In this document: piece after piece, positions 50,558 to 60,626 of the stretch
How positions within the stretch are numbered: the stretch's first letter is position 1
Layout: every line of letters starts with the position of its first letter
Assembly: GCA_965261595.1 (NCBI GenBank)
Contig: CBDHDG010000007.1
Coordinates: forward strand, 1,152,001-1,216,000
Length of the DNA stretch: 64,000 nt
Direction: 5' to 3'
DNA from: a bacterium
GTDB lineage: Bacteria; UBA8248; JACPRG01; G963555815
The notes under the pieces: model-generated
Told to the model about the DNA's origin: nothing
Seen by the model: only the letters and a program-made list of their open reading frames with translations
Database searches by the model: none
Position numbers and translations under genes: made by a program

Positions 50558-52063
50558 TCAGCCTCCCGCGGGGTGGGCGGATTCGCGCCCTTTGACGGCC
50601 CCCCCCGCTTTCCCGGACCCGAGACCCATCGCCGCCAGATAGGCGCACCACTCCTCCCGGCTCACCGCGCGAAAGGCGGCCAGGCACCCGACGTAGACGA
50701 CGGCGGCAAGGGGGACTTTCCCGAGAACACCGATCGGGACGAACAGGACCACAACGCCCATCACCCCCGCGGAAAGCGCGTACTTCATGATCGGCGACAG
50801 CTCGATGTTCTTCAGGTGGCCGCCGAGGAGCCGCAGGCCGACGAGCATCAGCGTGCACTCCGTAATCAACGTAGCGACAGCGGCGCCCATGTACCCGTAC
50901 CGGGGAATCCACATCCAGTTCAGGCCCACGTTCAACACGGTCATGGCGGCCGTCAGGGCCAGGTAGATGCGCTGCCGGCCCATGGCGTTCAGCGCCGAAG
51001 TCAGCAGATAGCTGAGAAAACTGAACGCGACGGCCCAGCTCAGGATCCGAAAGACGCCCGCCGCATCCGCGAACCGCTCGCCATAGACGAGGGCGATGAT
51101 CTCCCGGGAGAGCAAGGTCCCCCCGACGGCCACCGGGAGGGCGAGCATCATGAGCACATACAGACTCTTCTGGAAGATCCGGGGCAGGGCCTCCGGCGCG
51201 GTCCGGGCGTACTGGGAGATCAACGGGAAGATCGAGCCCAGGATCGCCGTGGGCAGGATGGTCAACGATCCGATCAGTCTGTACGCCGCGGCGTAGATCC
51301 CAACCGCTTCATCGCCCCGCATGGCCGCGAGCATCAGGATATCCAGTTTCACATAGGCCAGCGTGAACAGGTTCGCAAGGCCCAGGGGATAAGATTCTTT
51401 GAGCAGCCCGATCAGGGTGGTCCACGACCACGCGGGTCTCAGGCGGATCCGCCCCCGCGTCAGCCGCACCAGACACCAGGCGCCGGGCAGGTAGGCCATG
51501 TTCTGGATGGCCAGGAGCCAAATCAAGCTCAGCCCCCACCAGGCCGCCGCCAAAAGACCCAGGGTGGAGAGAAGCTCGCTGGCCACGCCGAGGGCCACGG
51601 GCACGCGCATCTTCAACCGGACCTGAAAGATCGAATCGAGGATCTGGCGGACCGAGCTGAGCCGGAAGGAAAGGAAAAGCCCCAACGCCGCCCAAGCCAC
51701 GAGACCCGCGGCGGAGGCGTGGGCGCCGGAGAAGCCAATGAGGAAAACGGCCATGCCGGCCGAGACAAAAGCGGCGATCAGTTTGATGGTGAGCGCGGCG
51801 CCCAGCAGGGCATCCGTCTTCTCGGGGCCCCGGGCCATTTCGCGGACGAGAATGGTCTGGAGCCCCAGGTCGGTCAGGAGGTGGAAAAACTCCACGTAGG
51901 TGAGGACGAAAATGTAGAGACCAAAAGACGACTTTCCCAGGGTCCGGGCCAGAACGGCCATCACGACGAGCTTGAGGACGCGTTCCGCCAGCTGCCCGCC
52001 GAGCAGGACGGTGGAATTCCGGAACACCCGAGCCCCTACGTTCAACGCCGGCGCCCCTCTCAT
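50558..52063 (-). CDS. Polysaccharide flippase (Wzx)
   Basis: ARTLG..FG.Y, DLGL, multiple TMs, VGIYAAAY, IPRYGYMGAAVAT. Confidence 0.92.
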   Translation of the reverse strand: MRGAPALNVGARVFRNSTVLLGGQLAERVLKLVVMAVLARTLGKSSFGLYIFVLTYVEFFHLLTDLGLQTILVREMARGPEKTDALLGAALTIKLIAAFVSAGMAVFLIGFSGAHASAAGLVAWAALGLFLSFRLSSVRQILDSIFQVRLKMRVPVALGVASELLSTLGLLAAAWWGLSLIWLLAIQNMAYLPGAWCLVRLTRGRIRLRPAWSWTTLIGLLKESYPLGLANLFTLAYVKLDILMLAAMRGDEAVGIYAAAYRLIGSLTILPTAILGSIFPLISQYARTAPEALPRIFQKSLYVLMMLALPVAVGGTLLSREIIALVYGERFADAAGVFRILSWAVAFSFLSYLLTSALNAMGRQRIYLALTAAMTVLNVGLNWMWIPRYGYMGAAVATLITECTLMLVGLRLLGGHLKNIELSPIMKYALSAGVMGVVVLFVPIGVLGKVPLAAVVYVGCLAAFRAVSREEWCAYLAAMGLGSGKAGGAVKGRESAHPAGG

Positions 52064-53262
52064 GAAATCTCCCCCCCCCCGCTCCGTCCCGGCGCCGCCC
52101 GCGCGGACCCGCCGCCTTCCGCCAAGGGGGGAGGGGGGGGGAGGGGGGAGGGGGGGGAGGGATTCTCGTGGTTCAGCATGGAGCGATACAGCGCAAGGGT
52201 CTTTCCCGCGATCCGATCCCAGGTGAAACGTTCCAAGACCCGTTTCCGCCCTCTCGCGCCCAGCGCGCCGGAAAGATCGGGGTCGTCCCGAAGCCGCGCC
52301 AACGCCGCTTTCAGGGCGGAGACGTCCCCTTCCGGAAACAGGAGACCGGCCTCGCCGACCACTTCCGGGATGGCTCCGCTGTTCGACGCGACCACGGGCG
52401 TCTCCGCCGACATGGCCTCGATCAGCACATGGCCGAACTGCTCCGCCCAACTCCGGGTCGTCAAGGACGGCAGGACCAGGACGTCCAAGGTCCGGAGAAA
52501 GGCCGCGACCCCCTCGTGCGGAACCGCCGGCAGAAACTCCACCCGGTCCGAGACGGCCGACTCGCCGGCCAGCGCGCGCAGGCGACTTTGCTCAGGCCCG
52601 GACCCGAGGATTCGCAGCCGCCATTCGCCCCCAAGCCCCGCGGCCGCCCGCAACAGCAGGTGGACTCCCTTTTCCGGCGCCATCCGTCCCGCATAACCCA
52701 TCGTGAATACGTCCGATGGGGGCCGTTCCCCCGGCCGGAACCACTCCGGATCCACCCCTAGCTGGGGCAGGACGTGGACGGTTTCCACGCCCTTTCGCCG
52801 CAACTCGCGCGCCGCGGCCTCGTTGCCGCCGATTCCCAAATCGACCGACCGAAGCGTCTGCCGCTCCATCCAGCCCCGCACCCCGCGAAAGTCTTTACGC
52901 AGGTTTTCCCAGGAAAAAAGCGCATAGCGGAATTCGGCCTTGCGTTTCAACCGGGCGAACTGGAACGCCGACACCGACCACGGTTCTTCTTCAACGTGCA
53001 CGAGATCCGGCTGAAGCCCCATGACCAGGGACGACAAGCCGGCCCGGTAGAAGTATCCTCCGCCCCGGCCCGGAAAGACCGCCGGCAGGCGGACCAGCCG
53101 GTAAGCGGCCGTCTCCGCCGGCGGCGGAACGGGCGCTTCCCACCGGCCGGGAACCAGAAGCGTCACCTCGGCCTCCCCGGAGGCCGCGAGCGCCTCCGCC
53201 TTGATCCGGTTGAACGGCGTCACGTACGCGTGGGAGACCAGGAGAACCCGAAACCGGCTCAC
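52060..53262 (-). CDS. Glycosyltransferase family 4
   Basis: HVEEEP, YAGR..PEKG, EQFGHVLIEAM; GTG start inferred. Confidence 0.92.
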   Translation of the reverse strand: MSRFRVLLVSHAYVTPFNRIKAEALAASGEAEVTLLVPGRWEAPVPPPAETAAYRLVRLPAVFPGRGGGYFYRAGLSSLVMGLQPDLVHVEEEPWSVSAFQFARLKRKAEFRYALFSWENLRKDFRGVRGWMERQTLRSVDLGIGGNEAAARELRRKGVETVHVLPQLGVDPEWFRPGERPPSDVFTMGYAGRMAPEKGVHLLLRAAAGLGGEWRLRILGSGPEQSRLRALAGESAVSDRVEFLPAVPHEGVAAFLRTLDVLVLPSLTTRSWAEQFGHVLIEAMSAETPVVASNSGAIPEVVGEAGLLFPEGDVSALKAALARLRDDPDLSGALGARGRKRVLERFTWDRIAGKTLALYRSMLNHENPSPPSPLPPPPPLAEGGGSARAAPGRSGGGEIS

Positions 53263-54434
53263 GTCCCGGTCCCGCTTTTCAAAAGGTCCCGCCCCGCCCG
53301 GACAACGTCCTCCACCCGCAGCGCGCCTGGAGAAGGGTCTTTGCCCAAACCGGTCAGGATGCGGTGACCTTTCCCCCAAGGCCGCCAGAGCGGGTTGTCG
53401 TTGCGGAGGAGGGCCACCAGCTTGACGCCGACCGCTCCCCCCAGATGCATCAACCCCGTGTCCACGCTCAGGAGAAGGCGGCACCGGCGCATCAGGGAGG
53501 CGGCTTGGAGAACCGTCGTGCATCCGCACAGGTTGAGGGGGCTCGTCCGCATCCGCCCCGCGACGGCCTCCAGCATGGGGCGATCGGATTCCGCTCCCAA
53601 CAGAAGCCCCCTTCCGCCGGCCGACTCGATGATGGCGTCCGCGGCCTCCGCGAACTTCCGGGCCGGCCACTCGCCTTCCGGATTGGCCGACGCGGGGGCC
53701 AGACCCACGAGCCTTCCGGAAGACCTGGACTCTCCGGCGCGCTCTTCGGCGAATGTCTCCTCTTCCGGATCGGCCGTGATGGCCGGCGGCGGATGGCCCG
53801 GCTCCAAGCCCACCTGTCTCAACAGATCCAGGTGGTAATCGGCCATCGGCATGGCGGCTTCGGCGAACCGCCGGTCCGCGACGGGATGGGTCAGGAACGC
53901 ATCGAACCCGCTGGAGTACCCGATGCGGAGCGCGGACCCGACCGATGCCGCCAAGCGCGCAGAGGCGTAATTGCCCAACAGGTCGAACACGACGTGAAAG
54001 TTTTCCCGGCGAAGCCGGTCGCGCAGGGCCCGCCGCTCATCCGGACCTTTTTTCGCCCCGCGCTTGTCGTCTTTGGAGATCCAGTCGTCCTCGTAACGGA
54101 TGACGCGCGAGACGGCCGGATGGCGGCCCAGGACACAGGAAGTCTCTCCGCCGGCCAGGACCGATATCGAAGACCCCGGATAAAGCCTCTCCAGCGCCGA
54201 GAGGAACGGCGTCACCGTCACCGTATCTCCCAAGCCGGGCGGGTAGGCGATGACGAGAATCCTGGGGGATTTCTCCGCCTTCAGCGTTCGCGGGCTCAGC
54301 GCCCGATCGCGGGATCGGGGCGATGTCCCGCTCACCCACGGCGCCTGAACCCTGGCCAGCCACCGTTTGGCCTCCGTCCGCAGATCCATCTTGCCCGTGA
54401 CCGTCCCGTGAAGGGTTTCAAACTTTCTTATCAT
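53259..54434 (-). CDS. Glycosyltransferase family 9
   Basis: GLGDTV, W....FA, VDTGLMHL. Confidence 0.88.
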   Translation of the reverse strand: MIRKFETLHGTVTGKMDLRTEAKRWLARVQAPWVSGTSPRSRDRALSPRTLKAEKSPRILVIAYPPGLGDTVTVTPFLSALERLYPGSSISVLAGGETSCVLGRHPAVSRVIRYEDDWISKDDKRGAKKGPDERRALRDRLRRENFHVVFDLLGNYASARLAASVGSALRIGYSSGFDAFLTHPVADRRFAEAAMPMADYHLDLLRQVGLEPGHPPPAITADPEEETFAEERAGESRSSGRLVGLAPASANPEGEWPARKFAEAADAIIESAGGRGLLLGAESDRPMLEAVAGRMRTSPLNLCGCTTVLQAASLMRRCRLLLSVDTGLMHLGGAVGVKLVALLRNDNPLWRPWGKGHRILTGLGKDPSPGALRVEDVVRAGRDLLKSGTGT

Positions 54435-54818
54435 GAAGAATCACGTCCGGCCTGAAACACCGAGTGAATTGGACGCGATCCATCTTGATCCGCGAAAGGG
54501 GGGGCCTCGCCTCCCGCTCAAGAGTCCCGGGCGCACCGGAACGCCACCGTAGAATCCTGCCGAAGGGACTGATCGCGCCACCTTCGCGCGCCCGGATTCA
54601 AATAATTCGCGAGAGACATCCAAGAGCCGCCCTTCAGTGGCTTCATCCGCGGCGGGACCCGGCGTTTGCTCTTCAACATAGGATGGGGCAGGCGCCTGTC
54701 CACCCATTCCCAAACGTTTCCGAGCAGGTCGTGGACCCCATAAGGGCTGACTTGGATATCTCACAAAGGCAAACGCCCGGACAAAATAAGTGAAGTGTGA
54801 CGGGCCGGGACGGCCGGC

Positions 54819-56360
54819 TCAAGACCGGCCCAACAACGAAGAGCGCGGCGCCCCCGCAGAGGCGGATTCCCGGGACCGCATGTCCATCGTCACGCCGATC
54901 GCCGTTAACGCCCAGAAGATGATGACGATCTTGGAGTACGCGAAGAGCTCATCGGTAAACGCCTGAACGAAAAACCCCACCAGCGCCGCCGCCAGGGCCA
55001 GGCGGAGGGAGCGCTGGTACACAGGCGCGAAAATGTCCGGCTGCCCGGGCGCCGGCCGCTCCTCCGGCGGAGGGGATCTCAGTGAATGCCAACGCGTCGC
55101 CATCACCCATCCGATAAGACCCAGAAACGTCAGGAGACTCGCGAGGCCCCCTTCAATCATCAGGCGCAAAAACCAGTTGTGAGAGGAAACGCTTCGCGGA
55201 AACGCCCGCCATTGGGCCAGGGTTCCGACCAGCCGCTCCCGCCCGTACACCAACTCATAATCCGGAAAGACCCGGGTGAATGAGCCCAACCCGTGGCCGA
55301 AGAAGGGACGCTCCACGAAGACATGCCGCGAGACGCGCAGGATATGCGTCCTTGGTAACACGGAGCGGTCCAGACCGACCGGGTCTCTCGACTGGACCAC
55401 CCACAAGATCGCCACCACCCCCACCGCCGCCGCGAACGGACCGATGATCCGCCAGGAGCGTCTCCCGGTCCACCAGCAGCCGATCAAGGCGGCCACGGCC
55501 AACCCCAGCACCCCGCCGATGCTCTTGGCGACGAACACGGAGCCGCATTGCACCACCAACATGGCGACGAAGAACCACCGCCAACGGCCGCGGGTCTCCC
55601 ACACGGCCCAAGCCGTGAATGGGATGGAGAGGATCTGAAACGCCGAATAGAAATTCGGATGCCCGATGGTCGACCCGAATTCCGTGGCCCACTTGCCCGT
55701 ATCCGGATAGGTCAGGGAGAGGACGTCCCTGCCGAGAAAGATGTGGCTGACGCGCTCGGCCATCCCCAACAACGCGACGGCCCAGCCCGACGCCACGATC
55801 ACTTGAATCGCCGATCGCATCGCTCTCCGGTCTCTCAGCACGTCCAGGCAGACCACGAAGAAGAGGATGTAGGTGAGCTGCTCGGTCAGATACCAGAGTT
55901 GATCGCCCAGGCGATTTCGGGTGGTGAGGACGGTCACGCCTTGGACCACCAGCCAGATCCACCACAGGGAGAGAATGGGGTCCCGGGGGAATTTCCACTG
56001 CCTCAGGGAAATCCGCCTCAGGGCCCATCCGCCGATAAGGACCACCAACATCAACTTGTCGAAAGACAGCGTTTTCTCCGCCAGCCCCAGCTCGAAATGG
56101 ACGTTGACGAGCGGCAGGGAGAACAGCGCCAATGGGAGCGCCGCCTCAGGCCGCCATAAGATGAACCCCAGACACAAGACCACCGGCAGCGTGAACAGGA
56201 AAGCCGGCGCGAAGGGCTGGTTGAAGAGCCAAGGCGACCAGAGGGCGACAGCGAGGGACATGCCCAGGGTGAGGAGGAGCGGACCCCTCGGGGGCGCCCG
56301 CCGGATGGAGCGGGGGGGGGAGGGGGGGGGGAACTCGCCGTTCCTCAGGGATGCGGACAT
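54819..56360 (-). CDS. O-antigen ligase family membrane protein
   Basis: Many TMs, STIGHPN, PFFGHGLGSF, SHNWFL. Confidence 0.85.
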   Translation of the reverse strand: MSASLRNGEFPPPSPPRSIRRAPPRGPLLLTLGMSLAVALWSPWLFNQPFAPAFLFTLPVVLCLGFILWRPEAALPLALFSLPLVNVHFELGLAEKTLSFDKLMLVVLIGGWALRRISLRQWKFPRDPILSLWWIWLVVQGVTVLTTRNRLGDQLWYLTEQLTYILFFVVCLDVLRDRRAMRSAIQVIVASGWAVALLGMAERVSHIFLGRDVLSLTYPDTGKWATEFGSTIGHPNFYSAFQILSIPFTAWAVWETRGRWRWFFVAMLVVQCGSVFVAKSIGGVLGLAVAALIGCWWTGRRSWRIIGPFAAAVGVVAILWVVQSRDPVGLDRSVLPRTHILRVSRHVFVERPFFGHGLGSFTRVFPDYELVYGRERLVGTLAQWRAFPRSVSSHNWFLRLMIEGGLASLLTFLGLIGWVMATRWHSLRSPPPEERPAPGQPDIFAPVYQRSLRLALAAALVGFFVQAFTDELFAYSKIVIIFWALTAIGVTMDMRSRESASAGAPRSSLLGRS

Positions 56361-56409
56361 CTAGGGTAGTGTCTCCAAAATACATTGACACTTCACAAAT
56401 GGCAGAGAC

Positions 56410-56487
56410 GGCGGGCAGGATGCCCGACCTACCTGGTTTGAAAACACCGGATTTCCACCGTTCGGTAGGGCGGGCATCTTGCCCGGC
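56410..56487. repeat. REP pair
   Basis: GGCGGGCAGGATGCCCGACCTACC and GGTAGGGCGGGCATCTTGCCCGGC. Confidence 0.85.
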
Positions 56488-56554
56488 CTGAAAGGGACTA
56501 CTCGGGTCTCGATATGTAAAACCATTTACGAGACGCTACACTAGGGATTCTTCA

Positions 56555-58366
56555 TCAGGGACCGGGCTGAAGGATGCTCGAGAGTCTCTGAAAAGGCACA
56601 CCGGCATCTTTGCAGAATCGAAGGAAGTCTTCGAGAAGATCCGGCCCGGCCGAAGGGATGGCGACCAGGACCTCATCGATCCGGCGGCGCCGGACCTCCC
56701 GGACGATGACCTCGCGCGGGCCGAGGATCGGAACGCTGGCGATTTCCCGGCCGACCTTGTCCGGATCGTCATCGAGAAAACCGACCGGCAGGTAATCCAG
56801 CCTCGGGTTGTTCCTCAGCTCCCGCAGGAGCATTTCCCCGGCGTCTCCGGCCCCCATGATGAGGATCCGTCTTCCGCCCGGCCGGATACGGGAGGAGTAC
56901 TCCCTCAGGCCCCGGAAAAGGAGCCGGATCCCCGCCACCAGGACAAGCAGCAACCCCCAGTCGATGATGAACACCGCGCGGGAATGCCCTTGAAAACGGC
57001 TCAGATAGATAAAAACAATGATGCTGATGACCGACCCCAGCGTGACGGCCTTGGCGATGGCGGCGAGGTCCTCCACGCTGACGTACCGCCAAACGTTGCG
57101 GTAAAGCCCGAAGTAAAAGAAGGCCCCCAGCTTGATCGCGATCACCACGGGAAGGGATTCGACGAACAGGTCCATGTACCAGTCCGCGGCGATCCCCTCG
57201 AAGCGAAGACGGTACGCCAGGAAATAGGCGACGTAGATCAGACAGAAGTCGATCAGGACTTCCAGGAATGGCCGTTTATACAAGAGCAGGGTGTTCAAGA
57301 GCACCGGGCCGGACGCGCTCCCGGCGGCGGGCCGGGCCCTGCCGTTTCCGGCCTCGGGCGCCGACCCTTCGGGATCGACCTTCACCTCGCTCAGGAACCG
57401 GCCGATCACGACGATGAGAATCGCCGTCAGGACGGTCAGGATGATCACCAGCGAGAGATCGACCCGGGCGTAGAAGAAAGTCACCAGGCCGAAGAAGATG
57501 CTGAACGCGTAGACCAGGAGGACCGCCTTGCGCTCGCTGAGGCCCAGGGTCACCAACCGGTGCGAGGTGTGGTCCCGCCCCCCCTGGGAAATGGCCTGTC
57601 CGCGCAGCCGCCTCAGAAGCGCCACGAAGGCCGTGTCGAAGATGGGAACGCCCAACACCATGGTCGGAACGATCAGGGTGGCGACCAGGTTGGAGACATG
57701 GTTGGCCGTTCCGATGATGGCGAGCACCGAAATGAGGTATCCGATGAACATGCTGCCGGAATCGCCCATGAAGATGCGCGCGGGATTGAAGTTGTAAAAC
57801 AGGAACCCCAGCGCCCCGCCCGCCAGGGCCAGACAGACCAGCGCGATGAAGACCTCGCCGCTCAAGACAGAGTAGGCGAACAGCGTCCCGGAGGCGATGA
57901 CCGCGATGCCGGCGGAAAGCCCGTCCATGTTGTCGATGAGATTGAAGGCGTTGGTGATCCCGACGATCCAGAAGATGGTGAGCGGGATCGAGATGGCCTT
58001 GGGGATGAATTCGAAATAGATCCCCGAGTAAACGGCCGTGCAGGCGCCGATGATCTGGGCCAGCAGCTTCGCGTAGGGCGGGGCCTTGCGGATGTCATCG
58101 ATCAATCCCACCAAGAACATGAAGCTGCCGCCCACCAGGATGCCCAGCAGGCTCTTGTCGTTTTCAATCGGGACGAAATAGAGAAACGTCGCCATCACGG
58201 AGACGAAGATGGCGACCCCGCCGAAGAGCGCGGTCGTTCGGCGGGACCAACGGTCGGGGTGCGGGCGGGCCACCCACCCGTAACGGTTGGACACCCACCG
58301 CACGGCGGGGGTCGCAATCAAACCGAGAATCAAGGCCGCCAGGAACGGCTGGAGGTAAAACCACAT
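56555..58366 (-). CDS. WecA/MraY-family sugar-1-phosphate transferase fused to a CoA-binding-like (PglF/CapD N-terminal-type) module
   Basis: GLIDD, NAFNLIDNMDG, FMGDSGS, DHTSH; C-terminal GLYR..WRY.S, ILIMGAGDAG, GFLDDD. Confidence 0.88.
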   Translation of the reverse strand: MWFYLQPFLAALILGLIATPAVRWVSNRYGWVARPHPDRWSRRTTALFGGVAIFVSVMATFLYFVPIENDKSLLGILVGGSFMFLVGLIDDIRKAPPYAKLLAQIIGACTAVYSGIYFEFIPKAISIPLTIFWIVGITNAFNLIDNMDGLSAGIAVIASGTLFAYSVLSGEVFIALVCLALAGGALGFLFYNFNPARIFMGDSGSMFIGYLISVLAIIGTANHVSNLVATLIVPTMVLGVPIFDTAFVALLRRLRGQAISQGGRDHTSHRLVTLGLSERKAVLLVYAFSIFFGLVTFFYARVDLSLVIILTVLTAILIVVIGRFLSEVKVDPEGSAPEAGNGRARPAAGSASGPVLLNTLLLYKRPFLEVLIDFCLIYVAYFLAYRLRFEGIAADWYMDLFVESLPVVIAIKLGAFFYFGLYRNVWRYVSVEDLAAIAKAVTLGSVISIIVFIYLSRFQGHSRAVFIIDWGLLLVLVAGIRLLFRGLREYSSRIRPGGRRILIMGAGDAGEMLLRELRNNPRLDYLPVGFLDDDPDKVGREIASVPILGPREVIVREVRRRRIDEVLVAIPSAGPDLLEDFLRFCKDAGVPFQRLSSILQPGP

Positions 58367-58479
58367 CGGAAACGGTTGTTCCTTTACCAACGCTCAGGCC
58401 GAAAGGACGGACATCCGGGCGGACGCCCCTCGGACTTCATCTCATGAGAGCGGGTTTCCGGTGGCGCCGGGCGCCCGCA

Positions 58480-60429
58480 TCAGGCCGCCACGGACTCCGG
58501 ACGGGGCTTTCCCCGGCCCTCCAACACGTGTCGGTGCCAGAGCTCCAGCACCAGCAGGTTCCAGATGAGAAAGGCGTGATCCGCCCGCCCGCGCGCGTGC
58601 TCGTCCATCATGGAGGTTACGGCATCCTCCCGGAAGTACCCCCTTCGAAGGGCCGAGGGGTCCAGGAGAATCTCCCGGGCGTACTCGCGCAGCTCCCCCC
58701 GGAACCACCGGGCCAGGGGAACGCCGAATCCCATCTTGCCGCGGCCCAGGATACGGTCCGGAATGATTCCGGCATACGCCCGCTTCAGGATGTATTTCGT
58801 CTTCCCGCGGCGGATCTTCATCCGGGTCGGGATTGAAGCCGCCATCTCGACGAACTTGTGGTCCAGGAAAGGGGATCGGGCCTCCAGGCTGTGGGCCATG
58901 GTCATGATGTCCATCTTCACCAGCAGATCGCCGGGCAGATAGCTTTCCAGATCGAGCGCCATCACGCGCTCGACCGGGTCGTGTATCCCCATGCCGTCCC
59001 GCACCCGGAGGAAGGTCTCGAGGAGCGGATGCTCCGGCGCGCCGTTGAGCGAATCCCGCAATCCGTCGGACAGCAGGTGATGCCGCATATCCTTTTGAAG
59101 AACGGACACCCACCGGAAGTAGCGCTCCTGCGGCGTCAGGAGCAGGGTGTCGGAGAACCGCCGGAGCCGGCGGCGGATTCCCTTTTCGTGCAGGGGGTTG
59201 CCGAGCGCGCCCCGGAGCGTCGCGCGGATCCCCCGCCGCAGGGCCGCCGGAAGCCGGTCGAGGCGGACGCCGAGTCCCGTGGCGACGTAGCGCTCATACC
59301 CCCCGAAGGTCTCATCCCCCGCGTCGCCGTTGAGGGCCACCGTCACGTGCCGCCGGGTCATCTCCGCCAGATAGAACGTCGGCAGGGCCGAGGAGTCCCC
59401 GAAGGGCTCCCCGAAGTGCCGGACCAGACGCGGCAGGATCTCCACGGCGTTGGGCTTCACGATGAATTCGTTGTGATCCGTCCCGAACTTTTCGGCGACG
59501 GTCCGGGCGTGTTCCAGCTCGTTGAAGATTTTCACATCGAAGCCGATGGAGAACGTCTTGACCGGCGTATCCATCAGGCCGGCCATGGCGGCGACCACCA
59601 CGCTGGAATCGATCCCGCCGCTGAGCAAAGCCCCCAACGGGACGTCGCTCACCAGGCGGAGCCGGGTGCATCCCTCGACCCGCTCACGGATGCCCTCGAT
59701 GTACTCCTGCTCGGCGGCGATCCACTTGGGCTCCCGATCCACCGACCAGTACCGCTCGATGCGGCTCTTCCCCTTCTCCCAGACCAGCAAGTGGGCGGGG
59801 GGAAGCTTGCGGATCCCGCGGAAGATCGACGCCGGCGCGGGGATGTAGGAAACCGCGAGAAAATCCACCAAGGCGCCGCGGTCCAGCTCCCGGTCCAGCG
59901 CGGGGTCTTCCAGCAGGGCGGTCAGCTCGGAGGCGAAGCGGAAGACGCCGATCGATTCCGAATAGAACAGGGGCTTTTGGCCGAGGCGATCCCTCGCGAG
60001 GACCAGACGCTGATCGGGCTCATCCCAGATCGCGACGGCGAACATCCCCCGCAGATGGTCCACGAACGACTCGCCGTGCTCCTCGTACAGGTGAACGATG
60101 ACCTCGGTGTCGGTGCGGGAGCGAAAGCGGTGCCCCTTGGCTTCCAGGGCCGGGCGCAGCTCGTGGAAGTTGTAGATCTCGCCGTTCAGCAGGACCCAGA
60201 TCGTCCCGTCCTCGTTGGACATGGGTTGCGCGCCGGCCTCGCTGAGATCGATGATGCTGAGGCGCCTGTGTCCCAACCCGATGGACCGGTCCCGATAATG
60301 CCGGACGAGGACCCCCTCGCCGTCCGGCCCGCGGTGGACCATCCGTCCGCTCATGGCCCGCAGGAGAGGCTCGGTGACCCCCGCTTCCGCGCCCTCGCCC
60401 TCAACCAGTTTTCCGCAAATCCCGCACAT
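58480..60429 (-). CDS. asnB: Asparagine synthase (glutamine-hydrolysing)-family amidotransferase
   Basis: MCGICG, GHRRLSIIDL, NGEIYN, LSGGIDSS, GDAGDE, SLEARSPFLD. Confidence 0.95.
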   Translation of the reverse strand: MCGICGKLVEGEGAEAGVTEPLLRAMSGRMVHRGPDGEGVLVRHYRDRSIGLGHRRLSIIDLSEAGAQPMSNEDGTIWVLLNGEIYNFHELRPALEAKGHRFRSRTDTEVIVHLYEEHGESFVDHLRGMFAVAIWDEPDQRLVLARDRLGQKPLFYSESIGVFRFASELTALLEDPALDRELDRGALVDFLAVSYIPAPASIFRGIRKLPPAHLLVWEKGKSRIERYWSVDREPKWIAAEQEYIEGIRERVEGCTRLRLVSDVPLGALLSGGIDSSVVVAAMAGLMDTPVKTFSIGFDVKIFNELEHARTVAEKFGTDHNEFIVKPNAVEILPRLVRHFGEPFGDSSALPTFYLAEMTRRHVTVALNGDAGDETFGGYERYVATGLGVRLDRLPAALRRGIRATLRGALGNPLHEKGIRRRLRRFSDTLLLTPQERYFRWVSVLQKDMRHHLLSDGLRDSLNGAPEHPLLETFLRVRDGMGIHDPVERVMALDLESYLPGDLLVKMDIMTMAHSLEARSPFLDHKFVEMAASIPTRMKIRRGKTKYILKRAYAGIIPDRILGRGKMGFGVPLARWFRGELREYAREILLDPSALRRGYFREDAVTSMMDEHARGRADHAFLIWNLLVLELWHRHVLEGRGKPRPESVAA

Positions 60430-60626
60430 CTTAGCCGGACCTTTCCATTCAGCGTCAAGGCACACAAATTCAGTCTATTACACTACTCCCTTCACCCCGG
60501 AGAGACAAGAGATCAGAAAGTGGATGGAAGCGCAAGATTCAAAAGCGGTGGGGTTTCAGCCCCCCTCCCCCCTCCTCCCCCCCGGCCCGCGAACGGAGGA
60601 CGCCCCACGGAACATCTTCGGCCGCC

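Noticed and set aside
50573..52696. Long antisense or alternate-frame ORFs (also 39588-41357, 58858-60681, 9452-10993)
   Set aside because: Shadow ORFs of high-GC genes with no recognisable motifs.
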